Positions 38,130 through 48,019 of a DNA stretch of 64,000 nucleotides are shown piece by piece. The notes under the pieces were generated by a model that was given only the letters and a program-made list of their open reading frames with translations, did not search any database and had not been told where the DNA came from. Made by a program: the position numbers and the translations under genes. Each line of letters opens with the position of its first letter. Positions within the stretch are counted from its first letter, which is position 1. The DNA comes from an uncultured Victivallales bacterium (GTDB taxonomy: Bacteria; Verrucomicrobiota; Kiritimatiellia; UBA8416; JABMPJ01): positions 48,219-112,218 of the forward strand of contig CAYFPQ010000002.1 of the NCBI GenBank assembly GCA_964345005.1, given 5' to 3'.

Positions 38130-38813
38130 ATGCGTGCCCACTACTTACAGCACGTTGCATTCGAAGGGCTGGGGTGCATGGAGGAATGGCTCCGTGCGGC
38201 GGAGTATGATGTGACTTGCACGCGGCTGTCTGCCGGAGAGACATTACCGGAGCCCGATGCGTTGGATCTGCTGATCATCATGGGCGGCCCGATGAGCGTC
38301 AACGATGATGCGGAGTGGCCTTGGTTGGCCGATGAGAAGGCGTTCGTCAGGAGGGCGATCGAAGACGGAACGCCGGTGCTGGGTGTCTGTCTTGGAGCGC
38401 AGCTCATAGCCAATGTGCTGGGGGCGCGGGTCTATCCGAATGGTGCGAAGGAGATCGGTTGGTTTCCCGTACAGGCGGTCTCGACGGATGACAGCGCGTT
38501 TCGGTTCCCGCCTTCGATCGAGGTCTTTCACTGGCACGGCGAGACATTCGATCTTCCGGAAGGTGCTGTGCGGCTGGCGGGGAGTGTGGCGTGCAGGAAC
38601 CAGGCGTTCCAGGTTGGGCGGTCGGTGATCGGGCTGCAATTCCACCTTGAAACCACGCCGGAGTCAGCCAAAGCGCTGGCTGCCAACTGCCGGGACGAGC
38701 TTGTGCCTGGTCCCTATATTCAGAGTGAAGAGCAGATCCTCTCCGCACCGTCCGAGAGTTACGAGTCGGTCAACGGTCTGATGGCCGCTTTGTTGTCCTA
38801 CCTGACTACCTGA
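38130..38813 (+). CDS. class I glutamine amidotransferase-like protein
   Basis: LGVCLGAQL (catalytic Cys) and ...HWHGE... His region; start MRAHYLQ (ORF extension to 37923 overlaps fic). Confidence 0.75.
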   Translation: MRAHYLQHVAFEGLGCMEEWLRAAEYDVTCTRLSAGETLPEPDALDLLIIMGGPMSVNDDAEWPWLADEKAFVRRAIEDGTPVLGVCLGAQLIANVLGARVYPNGAKEIGWFPVQAVSTDDSAFRFPPSIEVFHWHGETFDLPEGAVRLAGSVACRNQAFQVGRSVIGLQFHLETTPESAKALAANCRDELVPGPYIQSEEQILSAPSESYESVNGLMAALLSYLTT

Positions 38814-38931
38814 TGGATCTGTTCTTTCCATTTGCAGGGGGATCGCGCACACGGTAGGGTCCATGCATGGCTCGTTGGTCGCGGATCGTTCCTTATCTTC
38901 CTCTCGTCATCGTCCTCGCGGGAGAGGGACG

Positions 38932-40017
38932 ATGAAGCTCGGTGTATCTCTCCTCAACTATCGCCCTGGCCAAGTGGGTGGCATCGAGACATACATCAGG
39001 AAACTCATCGAGACGTTCTCATCCCCGGACCAAGTCCACGAGAGTTACTTCATCGCCGGGTCGGACGTGGCACGACAGCTCCCAAAGGAGGCGCGTTGCC
39101 AGGACGTCGGCCTTTCCGGCATGGGCTTGATCGGCTGGCGATGCGCTGAGGCTTTCACGCCGGTCAGGGCGCGTAAGATCGCTCGCGCGATCGATGCGGC
39201 AGAGTACGATGCGGTTCTGTTTCCCCAGCAGTCGATCTTCCCGATCGAGGTTCAGACACCAGCCATCTTAACAGTGGTGGACGTACAGCACCTGCATCGT
39301 CCAGAACACTATGGCCTCTTCGACGCCCATTTTCGTCGCGCCGTCTATCCGCCGAGCCTGGAGAAGAGCTGCCGGATCATAGCTATCTCGGAGGCAACGA
39401 AGCGGGACCTGGTCGAGATGTGCGGCGTTGATGCCGGGAAGGTTGAAGTCATCCATATGGGCTTCGATGAAGGACCGGTCTTGGACGGTACATCCGCGCG
39501 CGTGGTGGTAGAACCTTATCTGTATTATCCAGCCGCTACTTTCCCACACAAGGGGCATGCAAACCTGTTGAGGTGTTTCGCCAGGCTGAAGCATGAGGAG
39601 CCGGGCCCTCTCAAGCTCGTCTTCTCCGGGATGCAGACGCCGTTGTGGAAGCAGCTCCGGAGACAAATCCGTGATTCAGGACTTGAGGGCGAAATTCTTC
39701 ACGTGGGATTCGTACCGTACGAGCAGGTTGCGTCGCTGTATCGGCACGCTGAAGCGGTCGTCTTTCCGTCGGAGTTCGAAGGCTTCGGTATGCCCGTTCT
39801 CGAGGCGACCCGTTATAAGAAGGCAGTCTACTGTTCCGATCTTCCGGTCTTTGAGGAGTTGGGCGTGCCGGATGGCAACCGGTTGAGCTTCCACGATGAG
39901 AACGCGCTGTTGGGGCTTCCAAGCGACCTCTCGCCCACAACGCTGCTCAAGGCGCCCATTAGCTGGGCCGAGTGCATGGAAAATACTCTCCAAGTCATGG
40001 CAGAGGCAGTAAGGTGA
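38932..40017 (+). CDS. family-1 (GT4) glycosyltransferase
   Basis: C-terminal VVFPSEFEGFGMPVLEA motif; start MKLGVS (ORF extends to 38863). Confidence 0.8.
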   Translation: MKLGVSLLNYRPGQVGGIETYIRKLIETFSSPDQVHESYFIAGSDVARQLPKEARCQDVGLSGMGLIGWRCAEAFTPVRARKIARAIDAAEYDAVLFPQQSIFPIEVQTPAILTVVDVQHLHRPEHYGLFDAHFRRAVYPPSLEKSCRIIAISEATKRDLVEMCGVDAGKVEVIHMGFDEGPVLDGTSARVVVEPYLYYPAATFPHKGHANLLRCFARLKHEEPGPLKLVFSGMQTPLWKQLRRQIRDSGLEGEILHVGFVPYEQVASLYRHAEAVVFPSEFEGFGMPVLEATRYKKAVYCSDLPVFEELGVPDGNRLSFHDENALLGLPSDLSPTTLLKAPISWAECMENTLQVMAEAVR

Positions 40018-40877
40018 TGGGCGAAATGGAAGCCGTCGAAACACACAACGCGGTCGATCGCAAGTCCATGCACTGCCCGGTCTGTGGCACTGGCTCTCTC
40101 AAGCTTGCGTTCTCGCACGTTGTGCTCGGACAGCACAATGCCGACTACTGTGAGTGTACGAAGTGCGGATCACTAGTTGTACCAGAGGTCGATTGGTTGG
40201 CCGATGCCTACGACGGAGCTCGGGCAGATCCTGACACCGGCGCGGCCCAGCGCAGCATCATCTGCAGTCTCTTCATTCGCTCCATGCGCAGTGTGGGGTT
40301 GCTGCCGCGCGGGGGGCGTGTATTGGATTTCGGAGCGGGAAACGGACTGTTGGTGCGTCTCCTCCGTGACCAGGGGTTCGATGCGTGGGGCGTCGACAAG
40401 CACGCCTCCATGGCCGTCGCGAAAGACTGGCGACTTGATGCCATCGATCGCGAGGATGGATCGGCAGATATGGTCGTCGCTATCGAGGTCTTCGAGCATC
40501 TGCCTGATCCCTATGAAGTCCTGCAGGACGTGGCGTCGGTTCTTTCGGACCGGGGCACGATCCTGTTGCGGACCACGCTGTATGACGGCTCGCAACACGA
40601 CAGGGACTGGTACTACCTCGAGCTGTCCGCAGGACAGCACATCACTTTTTTCTCCCACGAGGGACTCCGGAAGCTGGCGGAGCGATGCGGGCTGCAGGCA
40701 ACATTTCTACCGTTCGGGTTTCACCTGTTGACGCTGTCTTCGAACAGACCGGTAGGGCACTTGCGGCGGGCGTGTCTGTTCCTGCTCAGTGGCCTGTTCT
40801 TCGCCATCGCACGCATCATCGGTCTCTGTGACTGTTCGCGCAGCAGTATCGATAAGACAGCGGTTACTCAATCCTGA
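40017..40877 (+). CDS. class I SAM-dependent methyltransferase with N-terminal zinc ribbon
   Basis: CPVCGTGSLK...CTKCGSL zinc-ribbon; VLDFGAGNGLLV SAM motif; 1-nt start/stop overlaps on both sides. Confidence 0.75.
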   Translation: MGEMEAVETHNAVDRKSMHCPVCGTGSLKLAFSHVVLGQHNADYCECTKCGSLVVPEVDWLADAYDGARADPDTGAAQRSIICSLFIRSMRSVGLLPRGGRVLDFGAGNGLLVRLLRDQGFDAWGVDKHASMAVAKDWRLDAIDREDGSADMVVAIEVFEHLPDPYEVLQDVASVLSDRGTILLRTTLYDGSQHDRDWYYLELSAGQHITFFSHEGLRKLAERCGLQATFLPFGFHLLTLSSNRPVGHLRRACLFLLSGLFFAIARIIGLCDCSRSSIDKTAVTQS

Positions 40878-42355
40878 TGCACACACGGCACCACAGGCAC
40901 CTGGCCCGCGGCACCTTGGCAGGGCTTGTGGGCACGGTGGGCATGGGAATCGTTTGTTTCTTCTTGCGCCGACACTGGGCCCTGACACTGGAGCAGGCGG
41001 ATTTCGGCTGGTTCTACGCCAACTACACCCTCTTCTTCATCGCGGCGTTCATCATTGATTTGGGTGGTGCCAATTACTCCACTATTGCAATCGCCAAGCA
41101 CGACGATAGCGGCGACCGCGAAACCGCCAGCCACATCTTTTTCTCGATATCGCTCTACAAGATGCTGTCGGGATTGGCGGGAACCGTTGTTGTCTGGTGT
41201 CTGGCGCCATGGTTGGCCGCACAGTTTCAACACAAGGAAGCCGTGGACGCCATCCGGCTGATGGCGTTCTTCTTCCCGCTGTTCTGTCTGGAGGGCCACC
41301 TCTTTGCGGTGCTCTGTTCGTTCAAGGCATTCATGGTCGGCTATGGTGTGTTGCTGCTGAAATTCACTCTCATCCTATTGGGTGCGATGCAACTGCCTTC
41401 ACTTGTTCACGTGCCGCCGCTTCTCTTTATTGGCGGCAGTGCTCTAACCTGCGTTTTGGCGATCAGCTACCTGGTGGGTTCGGGTAAAGTGCAGGTGCGA
41501 GCGAGTCACTGCTCACTGCATGGCATAGGCAAGTACCTCGTGAAAGGCATCTGGCTCGCCGTCTTCAATGTCTCGGCGCAGAGTGTTCTCTATGTCGACC
41601 AGTTAGTTGCAGTCGTGCTGCTGGGTGCAGCCGTCGTCGGGATCTACCAGGTGGCTGTGCCCATCATGCAGATCCTCTATTCCCTGCTTATCATCGTGCC
41701 CACTGTGGGTACGCCTGTCCTTGCTGCTATGTGGGAACGGGACAATGCCGAACCAGCGGTGGCGGAGCTATGCTCGACGTTTCTGATTGCGATGGTGGGA
41801 CTACTGTGGTGCGCGCTGTTGGTGGCGGTGCCTTTCGGGAACCTGGTCATCGTATTACTGTTCTCTGCCCAGTTTGTGGAGGCCGGCGTCCTGCTCCCGC
41901 CCTTGTGCGCCGGGATCATCCTCTACATCGTCACGTTCTATTTCTTCTCCGCCTGGAACGCCCGGGGGAAGAACCATGCCACGTCACTCATCATGCTCCT
42001 CGGCCCGATCCTGAACATCGTGCTCGGTGTGACACTGATTCCACGACTTGGATTGCGCGGCGCGGCATTGGGCGTCTTCTTCGCTCACGCGGCGACGTGT
42101 GTTGGGGCCTGTGCGCTGCTCAAGGCGAAGATGCCGTCGTTCAGACTGTCGGCAGGACGCCTGGCTTATCTGTCGATCTGTGGCATCGTGTTACTCGCGC
42201 CGGTGCGGCATGCCGGTCCGGTCGAGTCACTGGTGTCCCGTCAAGCGGCGTTGGCGGTGGGTGCGCTCTTGATCTACGTGGTGCTGGCGGCACCCGCTAT
42301 TCTTCCGCGTCTTCTGGCGGCGGGACAAGCCTCTCCACATCGTCCTTCAGCGTAG
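40877..42355 (+). CDS. polysaccharide/oligosaccharide flippase (Wzx/MOP-like) membrane protein
   Basis: about 12 predicted TM helices over 492 aa, lies in the GT/methyltransferase cluster. Confidence 0.65.
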   Translation: MHTRHHRHLARGTLAGLVGTVGMGIVCFFLRRHWALTLEQADFGWFYANYTLFFIAAFIIDLGGANYSTIAIAKHDDSGDRETASHIFFSISLYKMLSGLAGTVVVWCLAPWLAAQFQHKEAVDAIRLMAFFFPLFCLEGHLFAVLCSFKAFMVGYGVLLLKFTLILLGAMQLPSLVHVPPLLFIGGSALTCVLAISYLVGSGKVQVRASHCSLHGIGKYLVKGIWLAVFNVSAQSVLYVDQLVAVVLLGAAVVGIYQVAVPIMQILYSLLIIVPTVGTPVLAAMWERDNAEPAVAELCSTFLIAMVGLLWCALLVAVPFGNLVIVLLFSAQFVEAGVLLPPLCAGIILYIVTFYFFSAWNARGKNHATSLIMLLGPILNIVLGVTLIPRLGLRGAALGVFFAHAATCVGACALLKAKMPSFRLSAGRLAYLSICGIVLLAPVRHAGPVESLVSRQAALAVGALLIYVVLAAPAILPRLLAAGQASPHRPSA

Positions 42356-44894
42356 AGAGCAATGCAACGGCGGTGTTACCATAGACCTCGGCCGGCTTGT
42401 GCCAGCCGTTGAGAGCGCAGAAGATTGCGGCGTTCACGTTCTGATCGGCCAGTTCGCGTAACTTGACGCCCTTGTGAAGAGCGTCTTCTCTCACATAATT
42501 CTTGATCAATTCTGCCATCTGGCGTGGCGACAGCTCGCGCCAGGGGATTCGCCCCGTCTTGATCCGAATGCCAACGCGGTTGGCCGACAGGATATCGAGG
42601 GGGCTCGCGCCATCCACGTAACCCCAGGACAGCGGCTTCTTCGACAGGCGCTTGATGAAATACTGCTTCATGCTTTCCAGTCGCTCGTAGCGCTCGATGG
42701 CATTGGCAATGGCGGCCCGGCCTTCTTTTGTATCGAAATCCCTGGCGGCCAGCTTGAGCGTACGCGCGGCATCGGCATAGCGATACACCGAGACGTCTGT
42801 GCCTACGCCTGCCTCGGCGATCTTCACTCGTTCGATCTCGGCATCGATCACAGCCTGGGCTTCCGCCGCCTCTCTCTGCCTCTCTTCCTCTGCGGCCTTC
42901 CGCTTTGCCTCTTCCTCTTCCTTGAGCCGTTCCTGCTGACGCTTCTTCTCCTCCTGCTTCCGTATCTCGGCTGTCTCCGCGGTGGCTTCCTTGGCTTTGG
43001 CGAGAGCCTTGCGAGCCTTCCCGATCAGATTCGGGATCTGTCCGTGGAGTTCCTCAATCTCGGCGACCAGCTCAGTGGAAGCCGCCGCTTCTTCGGTTTC
43101 CTGCAGCGTGTCGTTGAGTGACTCGGTCTTCTTCACCAACCGGCCTGCTTCCGCCCGGGCGCCCATGATGGTTTCGCAGGCTTCCACCACGCGGCGGCCG
43201 ACACTCATGATCAAACTATCGCTGACCTCGGGCTCTGCGTCGACAGGTTGAGGCTCAGGCTCGGGTTCCGGTTCCGGTTCGGGTTCCGGCTCCGGTGCGA
43301 CGGCTTCTTCGGTGACATTCGACGATCCTGCCTCGGCCACGTCGTTTGTTCCCGTCGCCACCGGCTCGGGTTCGGGTTCCGGCTCGGGTGCCGGTTCTGG
43401 CGGGGGTTGGGGCGCGGGGAGACCCACATCTTCAACCGCCTGCACGTTATCGGCGGCTGTACTGTAAAAAACCATCGCCGCTTCTTCGATTCTCGCGAAC
43501 GAGTCCATCGCCGCCGCGGCTTCAGCACGCAGTGCTGCGCCCTGGTCGTGCAGGGCCTTGAGCTTTTTCTGTTGCTTGAGGACGAGCGCCTGTTGCTCCT
43601 TCTCCTTCATCAACTGGATGCCCCAGTAGACTCCGCCTCCGATCAAGGCGAGAACCAGTAGGATGATAAGAATGGCGAACGGAGCCTTGCTGCGCTTCTT
43701 TGGAGCTTCCTCTTCCGTCGTGCTCTGTTCGGCGTCCGGGCTGGGAGATGGAATCGACGTTGTGGTGCTTACGTGCGTAGAGCTCACGTGACTGGTTCCG
43801 CGCGAGACCGTTATCTTGCTCGAAGAGGGTTGGCCGCCGCTCTTGACAGGTCGACCGCCTTTCTTCTTGAGGATCATGACTTTCTTGCCGCGTACCGCCT
43901 GGCTCTGGTCTTCATCCGGCCCGAGCCGATCCAGCGTCTTCTTGAGATCGCCGATCAACGACTTGTAGGTGGGATAACGCCGCCCGGGCTCCTCTTCCAG
44001 CATACGAGCCACGATGTGGTCGATTTCTTCATCTACGCCCTCACGTACCGAGCTGACCGTCGGAGCGGGCTTTTCCAGACGAGCCTTGACCACCTCGACG
44101 GGTGTGTCGCCCTCAAATGGCGGGCGTTTCGTCAGGGCATGAAACATCGTAGCGCCCAGGCTGTAGATATCGGCGCGAGCATCCGTGCGATGACGACGTA
44201 CCTTCTCGGGTGCGATGTAATAGGGCGTTCCCCAGATTCCCTCTTGTGCCTGTTGGTCCACGAAGGTGGCCAAGCCGAAGTCCACGAGCTTGCTGTGGCC
44301 CTTGTCGTCCAGCAGGATGTTCTCGGGCTTGATGTCACCGTGGATCAGCCCGATGTCGTCGGCGGCTGCCAGACCGCTGGCGACCTCCATGACAACCCGA
44401 AGCACAAGCGATTCGCTCAGCGAATCCTCTTCCTCAATCATCTTGTCCAGGTGCCGCCCCTTGATCAGCTCCATGACGATGTAGGGCTGGCCCTTCTCCT
44501 GGCCGAACGAGTAGATCTGTGCGATATTCGGATGATTGAGCTTGGCCACGGCCTGGGCTTCGCGCCTGAATGTTTCGCCGAACGATTCATCGTCGCCCAG
44601 CGACTTCAGCATGACCTTGATTGCGACGAAGCGGCCAAGCGTTTCGTCACGCGCATAGAAGACTCCCCCCATGCCACCCATGCCGAGCAGCCGCAGAAGA
44701 CGAAAATGCCCAAGCTGCGCCGGCGCCTGCCCATGATGGCCGCAATGTGGGCACTCGACATCCGCGAACGCCTCTGCCCCCGACACATCAATCTCAGCGT
44801 CGCACTTCTCGCAACGCATTGCGTCAACCGGGTCGGTCGCAATGTTTACGGCACCGTCTTCTTCCGGTGACAGATTGTCTTGCTCTTCGCTCAT
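42297..44894 (-). CDS. Ser/Thr protein kinase with N-terminal zinc ribbon, TM helix, PE-repeat low-complexity region, coiled-coil and C-terminal domain
   Basis: Hanks kinase motifs (GMGGMGGVF, VAIK, HGDIKPENILL, DFGLA, GTPYYIAPE); CEKCDAEIDV...CPHCGH zinc ribbon; TM FAILIILLVLALIGGGVYW; PEPEPEPEPEP tracts. Confidence 0.9.
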   Translation of the reverse strand: MSEEQDNLSPEEDGAVNIATDPVDAMRCEKCDAEIDVSGAEAFADVECPHCGHHGQAPAQLGHFRLLRLLGMGGMGGVFYARDETLGRFVAIKVMLKSLGDDESFGETFRREAQAVAKLNHPNIAQIYSFGQEKGQPYIVMELIKGRHLDKMIEEEDSLSESLVLRVVMEVASGLAAADDIGLIHGDIKPENILLDDKGHSKLVDFGLATFVDQQAQEGIWGTPYYIAPEKVRRHRTDARADIYSLGATMFHALTKRPPFEGDTPVEVVKARLEKPAPTVSSVREGVDEEIDHIVARMLEEEPGRRYPTYKSLIGDLKKTLDRLGPDEDQSQAVRGKKVMILKKKGGRPVKSGGQPSSSKITVSRGTSHVSSTHVSTTTSIPSPSPDAEQSTTEEEAPKKRSKAPFAILIILLVLALIGGGVYWGIQLMKEKEQQALVLKQQKKLKALHDQGAALRAEAAAAMDSFARIEEAAMVFYSTAADNVQAVEDVGLPAPQPPPEPAPEPEPEPEPVATGTNDVAEAGSSNVTEEAVAPEPEPEPEPEPEPEPQPVDAEPEVSDSLIMSVGRRVVEACETIMGARAEAGRLVKKTESLNDTLQETEEAAASTELVAEIEELHGQIPNLIGKARKALAKAKEATAETAEIRKQEEKKRQQERLKEEEEAKRKAAEEERQREAAEAQAVIDAEIERVKIAEAGVGTDVSVYRYADAARTLKLAARDFDTKEGRAAIANAIERYERLESMKQYFIKRLSKKPLSWGYVDGASPLDILSANRVGIRIKTGRIPWRELSPRQMAELIKNYVREDALHKGVKLRELADQNVNAAIFCALNGWHKPAEVYGNTAVALLSTLKDDVERLVPPPEDAEE

Positions 44895-45015
44895 CAGACC
44901 ATTCTACCAGCTATTCTGTCCGCAGTGAACGAGGAGATCGCAGCCGTGGAAAGGGTTGCCACAGACCTCCATCGCGGGGTAAGTTCTCTTGCTCTTGCGA
45001 AACAGCCAGTGAATC

Positions 45016-45061
45016 GCAGAATACGCATAGTCCGATCTTGATGTCCATGCGATTCTGTTTT
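45016..45061 (+). promoter_or_regulatory. hairpin + T-tract in lgt leader (possible attenuator/terminator-like structure)
   Basis: gcagaatacgcat (45016-28) pairs with atgcgattctg (45047-57) with one bulge, followed by tttt. Confidence 0.25.
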
Positions 45062-45069
45062 GCGAAGCG

Positions 45070-45903
45070 TTGCTGGAGGATTCGAGTCCGATGCAGACAG
45101 AACTATTCTCGATTGGCCCATTAACCGTGCACTGGTATGGGGTGATGATGGCCCTGGGCTTCCTGGCAGGGCTCCTCAATTGGACGGTATTGGGGCGTCC
45201 AATCGGTCGCGATTTCAGGTTCTGTTCGGACCTCCTGTTCTGGATCATGATCGCGGGCATTCTTGGGGCTCGCCTGGCCTATGTATTGTCCGATCTTCCC
45301 TATTTCCTGGCCAACCCGGCGCGGATTGTCCGGGTCGATGAAGGTGGACTTGTCTATTTTGGGGGGTTCCTGGGCGCGTGGCTGGCGCTCTATCTCTTCT
45401 CGCGCGCGCAGAAGATACCTTTCTTCGAGCTGGCCGACCTTGTGGTTACTTCGCTCCCGCTGGCTCATGCATACGGCCGCGCGGGTTGCTTCATCAACGG
45501 TTGTTGTCACGGTACTGTGGGAACTGGCCCCCTGAGTGTGGCCTATCCGCTTACGAGCCAGGCGGCACACGAACAGCTATCGTCGGGACTCATCGGTCGC
45601 TACGCGACGCAGAGCATGCCGGTGCATCCTGTACAGCTCTACGAATCGGCGTTTAACCTGCTCCTGTTCGGCTTGCTCCTGTTCGTATGGAAGACCCGCC
45701 GTCGGTCCGGGAGCGTTGGCGTGGTCTATCTGCTGGTCTACCCCGTAGGCCGCTTCGCCATCGAGTTCCTGCGTGGTGACCATCGGATTCGCTGGGCGGG
45801 AATGTCCATTGCACAGTGGGTCAGCATCGGACTCTTCATCACCGGATGGATACTGTGGTACGGATTGCGTCGCAGCGCGAAGCGGCAACAGGAGGCCGTA
45901 TGA
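45070..45903 (+). CDS. lgt: prolipoprotein diacylglyceryl transferase
   Basis: FSIGPLTVHWYGVMMALGF N-terminus, GARLAYV, Lgt signature GAYGRAGCFINGCCHG; start 45070 vs 45091 unresolved. Confidence 0.9.
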   Translation: MLEDSSPMQTELFSIGPLTVHWYGVMMALGFLAGLLNWTVLGRPIGRDFRFCSDLLFWIMIAGILGARLAYVLSDLPYFLANPARIVRVDEGGLVYFGGFLGAWLALYLFSRAQKIPFFELADLVVTSLPLAHAYGRAGCFINGCCHGTVGTGPLSVAYPLTSQAAHEQLSSGLIGRYATQSMPVHPVQLYESAFNLLLFGLLLFVWKTRRRSGSVGVVYLLVYPVGRFAIEFLRGDHRIRWAGMSIAQWVSIGLFITGWILWYGLRRSAKRQQEAV

Positions 45904-46859
45904 GCGATAACGGCCAGCCTGTTGACGAAGTGCGGGAATTGACGGTCGGTCCCGCCGAGGGCGGCCAGCGAATCGACACCTGGTTGCACGGTCAGTTGCC
46001 CGACTACTCGCGTTCACGTCTGCAGGGCCTCATCAGGAAGGGACATGTGCTGGTAGACGGTAAAGGCGTACGCCCACACTCGCCCACGCGCCCGGGCACG
46101 GTCGTCACTATCACATGTCCTCCCGTCGAGGCCGTGGCGTTGAGGGCCGAAGACATCCCCTTGAATATCGTCTACGAGGACAACGACCTTGTGGCGGTCA
46201 ACAAGCCAGCCGGTCTTGTCGTGCATCCGGCCGTAGGCAACTGGTCTGGTACACTCGTCAATGCGCTGCTCAACCACTGTGAGGACCTGGAAGGTGTCGG
46301 TGGCGAGCTCCGACCCGGTATCGTGCACCGCCTTGACAAGGACACGAGCGGCATCATGGTTGTTGCCAAGAACGATGTGGCCATGCAGAGCCTGGTCGGC
46401 CAGTTCAAGGCAGGCGGGGTGGGGAAGGTGTATGCCGCCCTTGTGCGCGGCGTCCCATCGGCGCCGAGCCGGCGGATCGAAACGCTGGTGGGAAGGAGTC
46501 GACACGATCGCAAGAAGATGTCGGCCCAACCGCCACGTGGACGCCAGGCCATCACCCACTACGAAGTCGTCGACACCTTCGGCGATCTCGCCGCGCATGT
46601 CGCTGTGCGGATCGAGACGGGGAGGACACACCAGATCCGCGTTCACATGGCGCACGTGGGTCATCCCGTGCTCGGCGATCCTCTCTATGGCCGAAACAAA
46701 CCCATCGGGGACCTCGGTACGCCTGGGCGCCAGCTCCTTCACGCGCATCGCTTGTCTATTGAGCACCCCGTGTCTGGCGAACAGCTTGTGTTCGAAGCCC
46801 CGTTGCCCCAGGATATCGTCGAATGGATTGAAAAACTGAGGAAGCTGGCCACCACATGA
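45900..46859 (+). CDS. RluA-family 23S rRNA pseudouridine synthase (RluD-like) with S4 domain
   Basis: S4 domain (RIDTWL...SRSRLQGLIRKGHVLVDGK), catalytic HRLDKDTSGIMVVAK; ATGA overlap with lgt; ORF 45816 extension rejected. Confidence 0.88.
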   Translation: MSDNGQPVDEVRELTVGPAEGGQRIDTWLHGQLPDYSRSRLQGLIRKGHVLVDGKGVRPHSPTRPGTVVTITCPPVEAVALRAEDIPLNIVYEDNDLVAVNKPAGLVVHPAVGNWSGTLVNALLNHCEDLEGVGGELRPGIVHRLDKDTSGIMVVAKNDVAMQSLVGQFKAGGVGKVYAALVRGVPSAPSRRIETLVGRSRHDRKKMSAQPPRGRQAITHYEVVDTFGDLAAHVAVRIETGRTHQIRVHMAHVGHPVLGDPLYGRNKPIGDLGTPGRQLLHAHRLSIEHPVSGEQLVFEAPLPQDIVEWIEKLRKLATT

Positions 46860-47626
46860 CATCTACCCCCGACCCGTTCTCCAAACTCGTGTCCGACCTC
46901 GAAGACTACGTTGCGTTCGAATCCGAAGAGGGACGTACCGCGGTGGAGATCGACGGAGCCGTAATCGCCGAGCTCGGCGTACCTCCCGGAGTATCCGGGG
47001 CGACAAGCACAGGCGAGGTCGAAACTACCGCGGGCGAGGATGCGGCATCGACAGAAGGGACGGACGGGTCCGATCTCGGAAGCGTGGCCGCACGTATTGC
47101 GGGCTGTACGCAATGCGGTCTTCACACCACGCGCACCAACACGGTGCCCGGCGAAGGCAATCCGCAGCCCGAGATCATGTTTGTCGGCGAAGCGCCCGGG
47201 GCCGACGAGGACGCACAGGGACGTCCTTTTGTCGGACGAGCCGGCAAGCTACTCACGAAAATGATCGAGGCCATGGGGTTCCAGCGCGAAGAGGTCTTCA
47301 TCGCGAACATCTGCAAGTGCCGTCCGCCCGACAACCGAAAGCCGGAGCCGGACGAGATGGAGGCCTGTATCCCTTACCTCAAGGCTCAGATCGCACTGCT
47401 CAAACCGCGCGTCATCGTCTGTCTCGGCGGCACGGCAACAGAAGGATTACTCGGTCTCAAAGGCATCACACGTATCCGCGGCAGTTGGCACACCTTCGAA
47501 GGGATCGACATCATGCCGACCTTCCACCCCTCCTACCTTCTCCGCAAGCCCGGCGCCAAACACGAAGCCTGGGCCGACCTCCAAGCCGTCCTCAAGCACA
47601 TCGGCCGCCCGGTTCCGAAGCACTGA
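46856..47626 (+). CDS. uracil-DNA glycosylase, family 4
   Basis: GCTQCGL...[21 protein letters not shown]...FVGRAGKLL motifs; ATGA overlap with upstream gene. Confidence 0.88.
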   Translation: MTSTPDPFSKLVSDLEDYVAFESEEGRTAVEIDGAVIAELGVPPGVSGATSTGEVETTAGEDAASTEGTDGSDLGSVAARIAGCTQCGLHTTRTNTVPGEGNPQPEIMFVGEAPGADEDAQGRPFVGRAGKLLTKMIEAMGFQREEVFIANICKCRPPDNRKPEPDEMEACIPYLKAQIALLKPRVIVCLGGTATEGLLGLKGITRIRGSWHTFEGIDIMPTFHPSYLLRKPGAKHEAWADLQAVLKHIGRPVPKH

Positions 47627-47785
47627 GGTGGTGTCGCGGCCGTATGTGCTTCTATGCCTCCTTTGCGGTGTCTACGGCTGTGGTATGCACTTTCAGTTCT
47701 GTACTACGAAATGCCAGGAATCAGACAGCATTTCACTTGACTTACATACAGGAGTGATTCAGATTGTAGTAAGGGAGTATGAATA

Positions 47786-48019
47786 ATGATCGCTCGTACA
47801 ATATCATTCTCGAGCAGAGGACAGGTGGTAATTCCTCGTCCGCTCAGACGGGAGTTGGGTATCGAGGAGGGAACCCGTGCCCTTGTGGAATCCCGCAACG
47901 GAGCTATCGTGTTGACGCCGGTTACCCGCGAATACGTGAAGTCCCAGTATGGCAGATATCGGGGAAAGGACTTGCTCGGCGCGCTCGCCAGGGAGAAGGA
48001 AAGCGAGAAGAACGCATGA
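47786..48019 (+). CDS. AbrB/MazE/SpoVT-type antitoxin
   Basis: SSRGQVVIPRPLRRELGIEEGT swapped-hairpin motif; 77 aa; stop overlaps next start (ATGA). Confidence 0.75.
   Translation: MIARTISFSSRGQVVIPRPLRRELGIEEGTRALVESRNGAIVLTPVTREYVKSQYGRYRGKDLLGALAREKESEKNA

Noticed and set aside
42297-42355. 58-nt convergent overlap between the flippase gene end and the Ser/Thr kinase gene end
   Set aside because: Both C-termini look genuine; convergent 3' overlaps occur in compact genomes; no evidence of frameshift, so not flagged as pseudogene
43255-43410. Short tandem repeats (PE-encoding hexamers; also 9-mer and 12-mer arrays at 49402 and 51006) considered as possible CRISPR arrays
   Set aside because: Units too short, no spacers of unique sequence, no cas genes; the PE array is in-frame coding sequence
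47700-47785. Possible sigma-70 promoter (TTGACT ... TAGTAA) upstream of the AbrB-VapC pair
   Set aside because: Spacing between the -35-like and -10-like hexamers does not fit 16-18 nt; too weak to report as a feature
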